Sequence record: ON456343.1
Strand: one strand, 5' to 3'
Source: Streptomyces phage Stigma
Length of the DNA: 32,000 nt
Of this stretch, positions 7,503 through 16,095 are shown one piece after another; the first letter of the stretch is position 1; each line of letters starts with the position of its first letter. Both the position numbers and the translations under genes were made by a program. The notes under the pieces were generated by a model. The model was not told where the DNA came from and did no database searches. It saw nothing but the letters and a program-made list of their open reading frames with translations.

Positions 7503-7688
7503 ATGGTAGTGTCGTTCGTAGTTCTGTTCGGTATCTTCCTTGTATTCTTCATTACTAAGGATGGACTTGGAAAGTTGCACGCCTTTGTGGCTGTAATGTT
7601 CGGTCTGTTTCTTGGTACGACCGATGTAGGTCCGAAGATTATGCAGGGATTTACAGACCTATTGAATTGGGCCAATTCAAGTTTTTGA
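7503..7688 (+). CDS. small membrane protein (61 aa)
   Basis: MVVSFVVLFGIFLVFFITKDGLGKLHAFVAVMFGLFL... Confidence 0.65.
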   Translation: MVVSFVVLFGIFLVFFITKDGLGKLHAFVAVMFGLFLGTTDVGPKIMQGFTDLLNWANSSF

Positions 7689-7762
7689 TAAATTATGGCA
7701 GATTTTCGGGAGGGTTCGTAAAGGACCCTCCTAAGCTTTTGTACCGAACAAAGGATAATGAA

Positions 7763-8011
7763 ATGAATGAAACTGTTACTCTCGACAAGGAATTGGTTGT
7801 CGATATGTTTTCCGCTCTCCTTGCAACCAAGTCTTTGCTTGAGTCTATCTTTGCAGGAGAAAAGCCCGGCCCTGAGCTTGGTCAGGCTGTGGTAAATACG
7901 ATTCAGCAGGCTCTTGACAACACCCCTGAGGATGTGAGAGGGTTGGTCATCGAAGCAATCGTCAAGAACATTGGTGCAGAGAATCTGCTTGAAAATGTTG
8001 AGCCTGAGTGA
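7763..8011 (+). CDS. hypothetical protein (82 aa)
   Basis: AAAGGATAATGAA-ATG; MNETVTLDKELVVDMFSALLATK... Confidence 0.7.
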   Translation: MNETVTLDKELVVDMFSALLATKSLLESIFAGEKPGPELGQAVVNTIQQALDNTPEDVRGLVIEAIVKNIGAENLLENVEPE

Positions 8012-8061
8012 TACAGTTGGCCTTCGGGCCAAGCTTCCAATTAGGAAAAGGGAGAGATAAG

Positions 8062-8709
8062 ATGCGTGAGTATTCAAAGACCGATAACCTTTACAAGCGC
8101 AATCCGAAGAAGAAGTCTGAGCTGCTTGTTGGAGAGTACACCCGTCCTGAGTTCGCTCTTATCAATTCTTGGTGGGTTACTGAGAAGGTTGATGGTACCA
8201 ACGTCCGTCTTTGGTTTGACAAGGACGAGAACACCAATTATGGTGGTCGCACAGATAATGCACAGTTCAGCCCGGTTCAGCAAGAGTTTATGTCTAACCT
8301 TGTTGACTCCATCAAGGAAGATGCGGTAAATCTTATCCATAATCATGGATTGAATGAGCTGCTTATCTTCGGTGAGCTTTATGGACCGAAGATTCTTTCT
8401 GGCGGTAACTATTCTGACAGTCTGGACTTCCGGGCGTTTGACATGATGGTCAATGACCGGGTATGGTTGAACCCTGATTCGGTGAACCAGAATGCATCAG
8501 ACCTTGGTCTGAAGATGGTTCCTAACTTTGGGATGATGACCACTGCTCAGATTTTCTTGATGGTTGCAGGTGGCTTCAAGTCTACCTTTGCGAAGAACCC
8601 TGAGTTTGATGCTGAGGGTGTAATTGCTCAGCCTCCGGTTAATCTTTATGACCAGCGTGGTGAGCGGGTTAAGTTCAAGTTGAAGACAAAGGACTTGAGG
8701 CACGTCTAA
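8062..8709 (+). CDS. RNA ligase (Rnl2-like nucleotidyltransferase fold)
   Basis: Motif I EKVDGTNVRLW, IFGELYGPKI, DFRAFDMMV, EGVIAQPP, RVKFKLKTKD: ordered covalent nucleotidyltransferase motifs. Confidence 0.88.
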   Translation: MREYSKTDNLYKRNPKKKSELLVGEYTRPEFALINSWWVTEKVDGTNVRLWFDKDENTNYGGRTDNAQFSPVQQEFMSNLVDSIKEDAVNLIHNHGLNELLIFGELYGPKILSGGNYSDSLDFRAFDMMVNDRVWLNPDSVNQNASDLGLKMVPNFGMMTTAQIFLMVAGGFKSTFAKNPEFDAEGVIAQPPVNLYDQRGERVKFKLKTKDLRHV

Positions 8710-8754
8710 GGTCTTCATGCCCCGAAAGGGGCAAGCTTTTCAATTGATGGAGAT

Positions 8755-9030
8755 ATGATGAATTATATTCAGGAAATGCTTGATGAGCTTTCCGAAACTC
8801 TGCCGGGTTTGCCTGACGAACTTCTTGACCTCTACGCCTTGCTTGTGGCTGTCAAGGGTGATAAGGTGACTCTGAAGGATGTGCATGAGGCTTGGGCCAT
8901 CTGGAAGAATCGTATTCGACCCGACCATAAGTCACTCATTCCATTTGATGAGCTGACTCTTGAAGTGCAAGAACTCGACCGTAAGTATGCCAATGGAATC
9001 GCAAAGGTGAGTGAGAATTACAATGGCTGA
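8755..9030 (+). CDS. hypothetical protein (~91 aa)
   Basis: MMNYIQEMLDELSETLPGLPDELLDLYALL... Confidence 0.7.
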   Translation: MMNYIQEMLDELSETLPGLPDELLDLYALLVAVKGDKVTLKDVHEAWAIWKNRIRPDHKSLIPFDELTLEVQELDRKYANGIAKVSENYNG

Positions 9031-9229
9031 GATGCCCGAAGAGATGAAGAATCTTGGTGCTCTTATTGCAGTGTCCAAGATTATTGAGGTCTTCAGTGAC
9101 CTTGTCCAGGCTGCTGACAAGGCTAGCCCTGAAATTAAGGCTTTTGTAAAGCCGTTTGAGAATGAGATTGACAAGACTGCAAAGGCTCTTGAGTCTTTGT
9201 TTGGCAAGGATTTTCTCGAAGGTAAGTGA
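9023..9229 (+). CDS. hypothetical protein (68 aa)
   Basis: MAEMPEEMKNLGALIAVSKIIEVFSDLVQAAD..., overlaps previous stop. Confidence 0.7.
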   Translation: MAEMPEEMKNLGALIAVSKIIEVFSDLVQAADKASPEIKAFVKPFENEIDKTAKALESLFGKDFLEGK

Positions 9230-9273
9230 AATTCTGGCGGGTTCGTAAGAGCCTGCCAAGCTTAGGAGGAATC

Positions 9274-9477
9274 ATGGAATCTAACTATAAGTATGAGATT
9301 ACCGTAATGGAATCTGAAAGGGGTTGGGGTCGCAATTCTTGGACAGAAGAATTCGATACCCCAGAAAAGGCACAGGAACGCATTGATGAAATCAATGGTC
9401 GTAATAAGCCTGGTCCTGCCCCTGACTATTACATGCAGGCATATGCAGAGATTCGTGCCGTCCTGAAGACAGCTTGA
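9274..9477 (+). CDS. hypothetical protein (67 aa)
   Basis: AGGAGGAATC-ATG; MESNYKYEITVMESERGWGRNSW... Confidence 0.7.
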   Translation: MESNYKYEITVMESERGWGRNSWTEEFDTPEKAQERIDEINGRNKPGPAPDYYMQAYAEIRAVLKTA

Positions 9478-9502
9478 CACAACCACGGAAGGTTGGTAGT
9501 AT
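9474..9502 (+). promoter_or_regulatory. promoter TTGACA-17-TAGTAT, leaderless-type
   Basis: -10 9497-9502, ATG at 9510 (7 nt gap). Confidence 0.65.
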
Positions 9503-9509
9503 CTGAATC

Positions 9510-9689
9510 ATGAGATACGAAGTGAAAGAAGAGGTTACAAAGGATGGCCGAAAGGCAATAGTCAATTGGGTCATCTGGGATAACATCGAAGGACGCGTTT
9601 TTGCCCGGTTTAAGGACAAGGAGACGCCTGACAGCATCCTTGCAAAGTGGTATGCTGCTCAAGAGGCAGCCGAAGCAAAGGGAGAGTAA
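9510..9689 (+). CDS. hypothetical protein (59 aa)
   Basis: MRYEVKEEVTKDGRKAIVNWVIWDNIEGRVFARFKDKETPDSILAKWYAAQEAAEAKGE. Confidence 0.65.
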   Translation: MRYEVKEEVTKDGRKAIVNWVIWDNIEGRVFARFKDKETPDSILAKWYAAQEAAEAKGE

Positions 9690-9692
9690 AGC

Positions 9693-10073
9693 ATGATTGA
9701 GTACAACACTACATGTAATGTAAACGGAACTAACATTCTTTGTGATTTGAAGTATGACAAGGCGAATCCGGCCGAAGTCAGCTTTACATTCCATGTTAAC
9801 GAGAACTCTCCCGAATGGGTCTTTTCCAGGGACCTTCTTGGTGAGGTAATGTCTAGTCGTGGTAAGGCTGGTCAGGGTGACGTTCTTCTTTATGACCACG
9901 GTGATGCAGTTAGCTTGCTTTTGCGTTCACCTGAGGGAAAGGGTCTCGCTATTTTCCAGCGAGAGGTCATTAAGGAATTCGTTGATGAGATGTACAATGA
10001 AGTTCCAAAGAATGATGATGTCCTTCCTCTCGATGATGACAGCTTGCAGGAATGGCTAGAGGGTTTGGTTTAA
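9693..10073 (+). CDS. SsgA-like (SALP family) protein
   Basis: Layout Y-(D/K)xxNPAEVSFTFHV...PEWVFSRDLLGEVM...GQGDVLL...VSLLLRSPEGKGLAIFQREVIKEFVDEMYNEVPKNDD resembles the Streptomyces SsgA/SsgB family. Confidence 0.78.
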   Translation: MIEYNTTCNVNGTNILCDLKYDKANPAEVSFTFHVNENSPEWVFSRDLLGEVMSSRGKAGQGDVLLYDHGDAVSLLLRSPEGKGLAIFQREVIKEFVDEMYNEVPKNDDVLPLDDDSLQEWLEGLV

Positions 10074-10109
10074 TAAGCTCTTGGGGGTACAATGAACTCA
10101 GGAGGAAAT

Positions 10110-10277
10110 ATGTATCTGGATTTCAGCATGAACCCCGGCCTAGATGTTTGGCTAGGCATTCGTCCACCTGAGTGGGACGAAGATGATTTCGATGATTGGG
10201 AGGACGAAGAGTTCAAAGTAAACCAGAAGCGTCGAATCATTCGGATTCGGAAGTCAAATTTCCGGCGAGAATTTTAG
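10110..10277 (+). CDS. acidic hypothetical protein (~55 aa)
   Basis: AGGAGG-AAAT-ATG; MYLDFSMNPGLDVWLGIRPPEWDEDDFDDWEDEEF... Confidence 0.65.
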   Translation: MYLDFSMNPGLDVWLGIRPPEWDEDDFDDWEDEEFKVNQKRRIIRIRKSNFRREF

Positions 10278-10339
10278 AGGGTTCGTAAAGGGCTCTTTTG
10301 CCCCTTCGGGGGCAAGCTTACTAGGGTTGAGGTGAAGGG

Positions 10340-10368
10340 TTGACAACAGGTCCCCGCTCCCCTAGAGT
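10340..10368 (+). promoter_or_regulatory. promoter TTGACA-17-TAGAGT
   Basis: Hexamers at 10340-10345 and 10363-10368. Confidence 0.7.
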
Positions 10369-10383
10369 ATGTGAGGTAGGCGC

Positions 10384-10569
10384 ATGAAGATTGAAGAGGG
10401 AGACTACCGTTTCAAGGATGGTGTGGATATGCGCATCGTTGGATTTGAGCGGCGGGTCTTGACAACCTACGTAAAGTTTGTTCCACTACATAACGGCAAG
10501 GTGTGCGGTCCAGTACGGGTCATCACTCTTGAGTACGCGAGAGAGCGACTGGAGAGGTTGACAGGCTAG
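10384..10569 (+). CDS. hypothetical protein (61 aa)
   Basis: MKIEEGDYRFKDGVDMRIVGFERRVLTTYVKF... Confidence 0.65.
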   Translation: MKIEEGDYRFKDGVDMRIVGFERRVLTTYVKFVPLHNGKVCGPVRVITLEYARERLERLTG

Positions 10570-10586
10570 ACAGACTCAGGTAAGGT
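10558..10586 (+). promoter_or_regulatory. promoter TTGACA-17-TAAGGT
   Basis: Overlaps the end of the preceding CDS. Confidence 0.7.
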
Positions 10587-10618
10587 AGTAACCACAACGA
10601 CAGCCAAGGAGGCAAAAA

Positions 10619-10969
10619 ATGAAGGTTTCGACTCGCGTTTCTCGCAACGGTGGCATCTCCATTAAGAAGCTTGGCCGTGACAACCAGTCGCACAAGGCTG
10701 GTACGGTGGTCATGCGTAACGTGCGCTTCAACGGTTCCATCCTGGGTGACCTGATTGAGGAGTCCAAGAACCGCTACGTGCCTCGCGTCAAGTCCAGCGT
10801 TGGTTTCTCTGCTGATGGTGACCTGGTGGTTACTCAGGGTATCTCTGACTGGGGTCAGGCTCGCTACATCAAGTCTCTTGGTGGTTACTACAACATCAAG
10901 AACGGTCAGCGTGTCGAGTCGGCTGCCTACGTCTACATCGTTGGTTCCAAGATTTACTACACCAACTGA
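10619..10969 (+). CDS. hypothetical protein (116 aa)
   Basis: GGAGGCAAAAA-ATG; MKVSTRVSRNGGISIKKLGRDNQSHKAG... Confidence 0.75.
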   Translation: MKVSTRVSRNGGISIKKLGRDNQSHKAGTVVMRNVRFNGSILGDLIEESKNRYVPRVKSSVGFSADGDLVVTQGISDWGQARYIKSLGGYYNIKNGQRVESAAYVYIVGSKIYYTN

Positions 10970-10999
10970 TTGACAGTCCTGGCAAGCATCCTGTAGAGT
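10970..10999 (+). promoter_or_regulatory. promoter TTGACA-18-TAGAGT
   Basis: Directly after the stop codon of the preceding CDS. Confidence 0.65.
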
Positions 11000-11028
11000 C
11001 TTAACTACCAACCAAGAGGGAGAACAAA

Positions 11029-11601
11029 ATGACTGAGCGTGAGTACCTGATTTCACTCGGACTGGCCAAGGCTGGTCGTGGCCGATACTCCAAGGATGCC
11101 CGTGAGGCTCTGGACAAGGCAAAGGCTGATGGTATGCAGTTTGACCTTACCCCGGCCGATGTCGCCAAGCTGGAGCGCAAGAACAAGCCTACCCGTAAGG
11201 CGGTAGCTGTTGCTCCGAAGGAGTCTCGTCCGTCTCAGGATTCGTACAACGCTAAGGCGGTTCGGGCATGGGGTGAGCAGACTGGAGCCATCGAAAAGGG
11301 CAAGCGTGGTAAGCTGCCTACGGCTCTCATCAACGCTTACCTTGCAGCGAACAAGTCTGAGCCTGCGAAGAAGGTGGTGCGGGTTTCTGGTAGTCGTCAG
11401 AAGGTCCGTGACGTGGCTGTGGGCTACACTTACGCTCGTCGTGGCCCGAAGGACCCCGCCTTTGTCTCTGAGCCTCTGGTAGCCGTACAGAGCTGCGGCG
11501 GGTGCTCTAAGGGTATCTCGTTCTGTGGCTGCAAGTCTGGCCCGACTGCCCCGAAGTACCTTGGTGGTGAGGTTCTGCTGTTGACTCGACCGTCTGAGTG
11601 A
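11029..11601 (+). CDS. hypothetical basic protein (190 aa), Cys-rich C-terminus
   Basis: MTEREYLISLGLAKAGRGRYSKDAREALDKAKADG...CGGCSKGISFCGCKSG. Confidence 0.75.
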   Translation: MTEREYLISLGLAKAGRGRYSKDAREALDKAKADGMQFDLTPADVAKLERKNKPTRKAVAVAPKESRPSQDSYNAKAVRAWGEQTGAIEKGKRGKLPTALINAYLAANKSEPAKKVVRVSGSRQKVRDVAVGYTYARRGPKDPAFVSEPLVAVQSCGGCSKGISFCGCKSGPTAPKYLGGEVLLLTRPSE

Positions 11602-11658
11602 TGTACAGTAGTGGTCAGTGGGGGAGAGAAAAGCTCTCCCCCCAATCTAAGGAGACTT

Positions 11659-11982
11659 ATGTACGACTCTTCAGCTCGGCGTCGCGGTGAGGACACTGGC
11701 GTTCGTCTTGCCAATTCAAATCACCGGGCAGACCGACTTTATCGCGCGGTGGCCAACAAGCTGCTTGACGCTATGGAAAACTACACTTTCAATGTCCAGA
11801 CGTTCGCTAATTTCCTGGTAAAGACTTCTCCTGATGTCATTAAGCACCGACTTATGCAGCTCGCACTTGCTATTGCAGATGCAAATGCTGATGAGTACAT
11901 GGGCGGTAACATGACTGATGGACCTATCAATGGTATGCGTGTGAAGGAAGCTGTAGAAGTGTACAACCTTCCCAGGGGTTGA
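11659..11982 (+). CDS. hypothetical protein (107 aa)
   Basis: TAAGGAGACTT-ATG; MYDSSARRRGEDTGVRLANSNHRADRL... Confidence 0.75.
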   Translation: MYDSSARRRGEDTGVRLANSNHRADRLYRAVANKLLDAMENYTFNVQTFANFLVKTSPDVIKHRLMQLALAIADANADEYMGGNMTDGPINGMRVKEAVEVYNLPRG

Positions 11983-12049
11983 CAGAAGCTTCTCCAGCCT
12001 GCTAGTCTTTAGACATCAAGCAAGACACACCAACTAAGGAGACGTAAGA

Positions 12050-13072
12050 ATGCCCGCTGGTATCGAGACGTACAAGGAAATGGCCGCTTTCGCTTCTCTT
12101 CGTCAGCCTGCATGGCATGACCTCGGAACGGTTTTCGACAAGCCTGTTTCGACTGAGGAAATGCTTAAGCTGGCTCACATGCACAATTGGAATCTGCGAT
12201 TTGAGGATGCATCTGACTGGATGCCTGGCTTCACTTTTGTGGATGAGACGCTTCACGTGGTTCGTGACAATCCGTTCATTCCTGGTCAGAAGGATGTTCT
12301 GGGAACTGTTGGCGGTCGGTATAACATCTTCTCGAATGAGCAGATTTTCGACTTTGCTGACACCCTGACGGATGGTCGTCGTCGGTGGGAAACGGCCGGA
12401 AGCATTAAGAATGGTCAGAAGGTTTTCGCTACTCTTGTGGCAACTGATGACCTTGTTCTTGACCCGAACGGTTCTGCTGACACCATCAAGCGCTATATCA
12501 TGCTGGTTTCCAGCCATGACGGTTCTACCACCATGATTATCAAGATGGTGAATACCCGAGTGGTTTGCCAGAACACCCTTAACATTGCTCTTGGTGAGAA
12601 GGGTGCTGAGTTCAAGATTCGCCACACTCAGGGAATGGAAACCAAGATTCAGGATGCTAAGAAGGCTCTGAGTCTGGCGACTGTTTACGATGAGGCTTTC
12701 GAAAAGGGAATGCAGGCTCTCTTTGAGGCTGAGATGACTCTTACTCAGTTTGAGAAGATTGTTATGGACATCTTCCCGGAGCCGGAAGAGGATGTTCGTG
12801 GAAGCCAGAAGAAGTGGGACACCAAGATGGACACCATTCTGAACATCTGGCAGAATTCCACTGGTGAGGTTGAGAACCTGCCGAATTCCGCTTACAAGGG
12901 ATTCAATGTTCTCACTGGATGGAACCAGTGGCACCGTGGAATTCGAAAGGACAAGAGCGGTAACCCGAACACGGAGAACTTCCTTGCGGCTGGTGCTGGA
13001 TTCGATGTCAAGACGAATGAATTCCGTACCGAGGTTTATGAGCGTATGCAGGAATTCGCTCTGACTGTCTGA
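12050..13072 (+). CDS. DUF932 / phage-plasmid-like protein
   Basis: WHDLGTVFDKPVSTEEML...RPVV-type C-terminal layout, TRVVCQNTLNIAL...KIRHTQGMETKIQDA; characteristic of DUF932 proteins. Confidence 0.85.
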   Translation: MPAGIETYKEMAAFASLRQPAWHDLGTVFDKPVSTEEMLKLAHMHNWNLRFEDASDWMPGFTFVDETLHVVRDNPFIPGQKDVLGTVGGRYNIFSNEQIFDFADTLTDGRRRWETAGSIKNGQKVFATLVATDDLVLDPNGSADTIKRYIMLVSSHDGSTTMIIKMVNTRVVCQNTLNIALGEKGAEFKIRHTQGMETKIQDAKKALSLATVYDEAFEKGMQALFEAEMTLTQFEKIVMDIFPEPEEDVRGSQKKWDTKMDTILNIWQNSTGEVENLPNSAYKGFNVLTGWNQWHRGIRKDKSGNPNTENFLAAGAGFDVKTNEFRTEVYERMQEFALTV

Positions 13073-13124
13073 GGTTTTACGGCGGCCCCTTCGGGGGCCG
13101 CAAGCTTTTGTCTAAGGAGATAAA

Positions 13125-13289
13125 ATGAATGAATTCGGCTGGTCTGTTTTCGGTTCTGCTGCAATTGGCGGGATTTCGACGGCGATTGCCAATGGAGCTT
13201 TTGACCAACACTGGAATTTCTTTGTAGCATGGGCTTTGCTGTTCATGCTTTACTGGGTTATTCGATTTGGTCTTGAGATAGATTGGTGA
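13125..13289 (+). CDS. small membrane protein (54 aa)
   Basis: MNEFGWSVFGSAAIGGISTAIANGAFDQHWNFFVAWALLFMLYWVIRFGLEIDW after AAGGAG. Confidence 0.65.
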   Translation: MNEFGWSVFGSAAIGGISTAIANGAFDQHWNFFVAWALLFMLYWVIRFGLEIDW

Positions 13290-13302
13290 GGAGGTAAGAT
13301 GT

Positions 13303-13551
13303 ATGGAAATGATTAACCTGTCCAAGGCAATGCGGACAGAGGTGGTTGATGGTAGGATTTATTTCGACCTTGAGCAGTTGCTAGGAATCATGTACGACGT
13401 TTGCAATAAGTCGGCTGTCATGGCAACAGACCACCAAGACCCTGTCTTGGGCACGATGACCCTAGGCGTAGCCAACATGTGTAAGGCTCTGGACGACGTT
13501 TTGACGCTCCAGAAGGAAGCACATGGGCTGACTCACCCGAAGGCTACTTGA
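13303..13551 (+). CDS. hypothetical protein (82 aa)
   Basis: MEMINLSKAMRTEVVDGRIYFDLEQLLG... Confidence 0.7.
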   Translation: MEMINLSKAMRTEVVDGRIYFDLEQLLGIMYDVCNKSAVMATDHQDPVLGTMTLGVANMCKALDDVLTLQKEAHGLTHPKAT

Positions 13552-13577
13552 AGCGCTCACAGAGCGATTTTCGGGGG

Positions 13578-13606
13578 TTGCCCTGACCAAGCAAACATGC
13601 TACACT
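13578..13606 (+). promoter_or_regulatory. promoter TTGCCC-17-TACACT
   Basis: Upstream of the long structured leader. Confidence 0.5.
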
Positions 13607-13622
13607 AATTACATGTTCGTTA

Positions 13623-13737
13623 GGTGATAAGGACACCTTTTCTCTTAAAGGATTCCGGTACCTCTATCAGTCAGGTCAGGCGAGAGGCTAAGTAACAGTC
13701 GGCAGTTATGCCGGAATCCCTTCACAATTAGATAGTT
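13623..13737 (+). promoter_or_regulatory. structured 5' leader (candidate cis-regulatory RNA)
   Basis: GGATTCCGG (13650-13658)/CCGGAATCC (13711-13719) enclosing CCTCT (13661-13665)/AGAGG (13683-13687); flanking hairpin GGTG/CACC. Confidence 0.4.
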
Positions 13738-13773
13738 GTTTACAAATGTCCAATTAACAGAAGGAGAATTAAG

Positions 13774-13878
13774 ATGCCTGAGGTTTACGATTACGATGAC
13801 GAGTCGCAGGATGTTTTCGTTGAGTCGGATTCTCCTGTTGACAGCATTTACATCCCAGATGGACTGACCGATTTTTAG
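13774..13878 (+). CDS. acidic micro-protein (34 aa)
   Basis: AAGGAGAATTAAG-ATG; MPEVYDYDDESQDVFVESDSPVDSIYIPDGLTDF. Confidence 0.55.
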   Translation: MPEVYDYDDESQDVFVESDSPVDSIYIPDGLTDF

Positions 13879-13888
13879 GAGTTAACTT

Positions 13889-14158
13889 ATGCGCACTGGA
13901 CTTGAGAACACTAAGCAAGAGACGCTTGAAATCTTGATTACAAACCTTAAGTCCGGTGTGCTTAAGGTTATTGATATGGGTCCGGCTGCTTTGGTTTCCG
14001 ATAATCCAAAGGAATGCCCGCCCGCAGCAGCTTTTGAAACCAACATGATGATTCTTCAAGCCTTTGAGGCGGAATGCCTCAAGCGTGGAATCGATTTTGA
14101 TTCCATTGGTCCAAACATTCGAGAGATTGAGGACCGCTGGCTTGAAGCCCGACAATAA
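13889..14158 (+). CDS. hypothetical protein (89 aa)
   Basis: MRTGLENTKQETLEILITNLKSGVLKVID... Confidence 0.7.
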   Translation: MRTGLENTKQETLEILITNLKSGVLKVIDMGPAALVSDNPKECPPAAAFETNMMILQAFEAECLKRGIDFDSIGPNIREIEDRWLEARQ

Positions 14159-14174
14159 GGAATAGGTAAAGACA

Positions 14175-14384
14175 TTGGCAATTGTTCGTATCAGCACTGT
14201 ACTTAAGAATGCTCCGTCCGTTGGCATTCAGGCTTGCGTCTATGGCGTTGAGTGTGAAACCATTGAGTCTAAGGACCCGGCTGGAATTGTTTTTGAACTA
14301 ATGGGAAGCCGTGAGAAGATTGCCAACGTTGTTGGCCGCACTGGTTCCCGCATTCTGAGTATCGCTGAGCCCGTAGGTAAGTAA
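14175..14384 (+). CDS. hypothetical protein (69 aa), TTG start
   Basis: MAIVRISTVLKNAPSVGIQACVYGVECETIES... Confidence 0.6.
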   Translation: MAIVRISTVLKNAPSVGIQACVYGVECETIESKDPAGIVFELMGSREKIANVVGRTGSRILSIAEPVGK

Positions 14385-14423
14385 GAGATGCCCCGTCAGA
14401 AATGGCGGGGTTTTCTCGTCCCT

Positions 14424-14462
14424 GGTAGCTGCTTGACAGGGCTACCAAGCTTGATGTACAGT
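14424..14462 (+). promoter_or_regulatory. hairpin-embedded promoter GGTAGC...TTGACA...GCTACC-AAGCTT...TACAGT
   Basis: TTGACA 14433-14438, 18-nt spacer, TACAGT 14457-14462. Confidence 0.55.
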
Positions 14463-14488
14463 CTTAGCAGAAGGAAGGGAGAGCCAGA

Positions 14489-15163
14489 GTGGCTAAGGCA
14501 GGGTCTACCATCGAAAAGGTTTTTGTCAAGGACAGGGGAATTTGCTGGCTATGCCGCAAGCTTGTTGACAAGGAAGAGGCTACGCGTGACCATGTCATTC
14601 CGTACTCTCTTGGTGGTCCGAACAATGAGCCTAATCTGAGGCTGGCACACAGGAAGTGTAACGAGAAGCGAGCGAATCAAATCAGGATTTCTAAGAAGGA
14701 AAGCCTGAAGATTCTTATTGAATGTCAGGATGACAAGTGCTTTCGTTGCACAAAGTCAATTCGTTTTGAAGATGTTATGATTTCGCGTGACCGCGCTCGG
14801 GGTTCTGAGCGTTTCATGCAGGTGGCTATTTGTAAGTCTGGTTGCGAGAAGATTGCATACATTCCGCGACAAAGGCGTTACAATGAGGTTAAGATTAATA
14901 AGCGACTGGCGTCGAGAAAGAATAGGATTCCAATGGAAATGGTTGTTGCTGATTCCCTTTCGCCTGACCAGGTGGAAGTTCAGGATTACGTCAGGTTCTT
15001 TGCCGATGGTGCACTGCGATTCGGCATGGTTCTTGATATCAATGACAATGGTGATGATTTCACCATTACCCTGTCTGATGACGTTGAGGGTGACACAGTA
15101 GAGTATGTAGTTGACCCGAACACCGTTGTTTCTCTCCTTGTTCATGAGGCTGTTTCGGTGTAA
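14489..15163 (+). CDS. HNH endonuclease family protein (GTG start)
   Basis: CWLC...ATRDHVIPYSLGGPNNEPNLRLAHRKCNEKR typical HNH core. Confidence 0.88.
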   Translation: MAKAGSTIEKVFVKDRGICWLCRKLVDKEEATRDHVIPYSLGGPNNEPNLRLAHRKCNEKRANQIRISKKESLKILIECQDDKCFRCTKSIRFEDVMISRDRARGSERFMQVAICKSGCEKIAYIPRQRRYNEVKINKRLASRKNRIPMEMVVADSLSPDQVEVQDYVRFFADGALRFGMVLDINDNGDDFTITLSDDVEGDTVEYVVDPNTVVSLLVHEAVSV

Positions 15164-15169
15164 CATAAT

Positions 15170-15205
15170 GGGTGGGTTGACAAAGCCCACCCAAGCTTGT
15201 TAGTC
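15170..15205 (+). promoter_or_regulatory. hairpin-embedded promoter GGGTGGG-TTGACAAAG-CCCACCC-AAGCTT
   Basis: 7-bp perfect stem with TTGACA in the loop; weak -10 TTAGTC/TAGTCT. Confidence 0.55.
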
Positions 15206-15251
15206 TTCTTTTATAGACCCTAAAGAAGGGAGAACTCTAAGGAGAAGACTA

Positions 15252-15638
15252 ATGGAAAAGAAGTGGATTTACACCATCTTTGGTGGTGTTCTGGTAGCTG
15301 TTGTGCTACTAGTTGTAACTGTCCTAAATGTGGACACAACAAAGACAAAGTTTGAGACATATCAAAACTATGCAAAGCAAGTAAATATCGTTGATTGGTC
15401 AATCAGTGAAGATACTGCTGAGAGTTTTGCTAAGGCCAATTGCGATAAGCTCGCAACAGGAGATATGCCCGCAATTAGATTTCAGAATTCAGACCATGTA
15501 AAGTCGAGTGCGGCAGTGCTAGCAGCATATTGCCCTAATTCATTCGACAATTTTCTGGCGGGTGTTATCATGAACAACCCAGAATACAAGAGTACAGCCA
15601 TGTATGTAAACGAAAGGATTGAAGTTGATTCTCGTTAA
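15252..15638 (+). CDS. membrane-anchored extracytoplasmic protein (128 aa)
   Basis: MEKKWIYTIFGGVLVAVVLLVVTVLNVD then soluble domain with paired Cys. Confidence 0.7.
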   Translation: MEKKWIYTIFGGVLVAVVLLVVTVLNVDTTKTKFETYQNYAKQVNIVDWSISEDTAESFAKANCDKLATGDMPAIRFQNSDHVKSSAAVLAAYCPNSFDNFLAGVIMNNPEYKSTAMYVNERIEVDSR

Positions 15639-15728
15639 GGTTCTTATCCTTAGTATTGTTGGGGGATTGGGAGCCATGCTAGGTTTGTATCTCGGTTTTC
15701 TAATGGCAATCAATGGATGGTTGGGGTA

Positions 15729-15866
15729 ATGGCTAAGAGATATAAGGACCCGGTTGAAGATACGTTCAATGAAATTTTTGGCGGATGTGCCATTTTCTTT
15801 GCACTAATCTTCTTCCTTCCCTTTGTAGGAATTGGAATCGGAATTGGCTACTGGATTTGGGGATAA
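15729..15866 (+). CDS. small membrane protein (45 aa)
   Basis: TAATG-coupled; MAKRYKDPVEDTFNEIFGGCAIFFALIFFLPFVGIGIGIGYWIWG. Confidence 0.6.
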   Translation: MAKRYKDPVEDTFNEIFGGCAIFFALIFFLPFVGIGIGIGYWIWG

Positions 15867-15867
15867 G

Positions 15868-16086
15868 ATGAGTTCTGATTATAGAATCAATGAGAATAGG
15901 CACATCACCATTCGTGTTGTTGTCGGCTCTATCTGTGCTATGCTCGTTCTTGTTGCGCTGATTAGCGGTATCACGTACACTGCTCACCAGAACAATGAGA
16001 AGACCACCAAGTATGGTGTAGAGTGCATGAAGAATGGTGGAGAGTGGCGAGAGCGCAACAATGGTGAGGCGTACTGCGATAACTGA
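15868..16086 (+). CDS. single-TM protein with C..GGxW...YC tail (72 aa)
   Basis: MSSDYRINENRHITIRVVVGSICAMLVLVALISGITYTAHQNNEKTTKYGVECMKNGGEWRERNNGEAYCDN. Confidence 0.7.
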   Translation: MSSDYRINENRHITIRVVVGSICAMLVLVALISGITYTAHQNNEKTTKYGVECMKNGGEWRERNNGEAYCDN

Positions 16087-16095
16087 GCGGTACGA

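Noticed and set aside
12002-12934. 310-aa minus-strand ORF antisense to the DUF932 gene
   Set aside because: It is fully antisense to a recognisable + strand gene, has no RBS or domain features, and is a by-product of codon bias. The same applies to other long minus-strand ORFs such as 7490-8077, 18344-18949 and 27596-28255.
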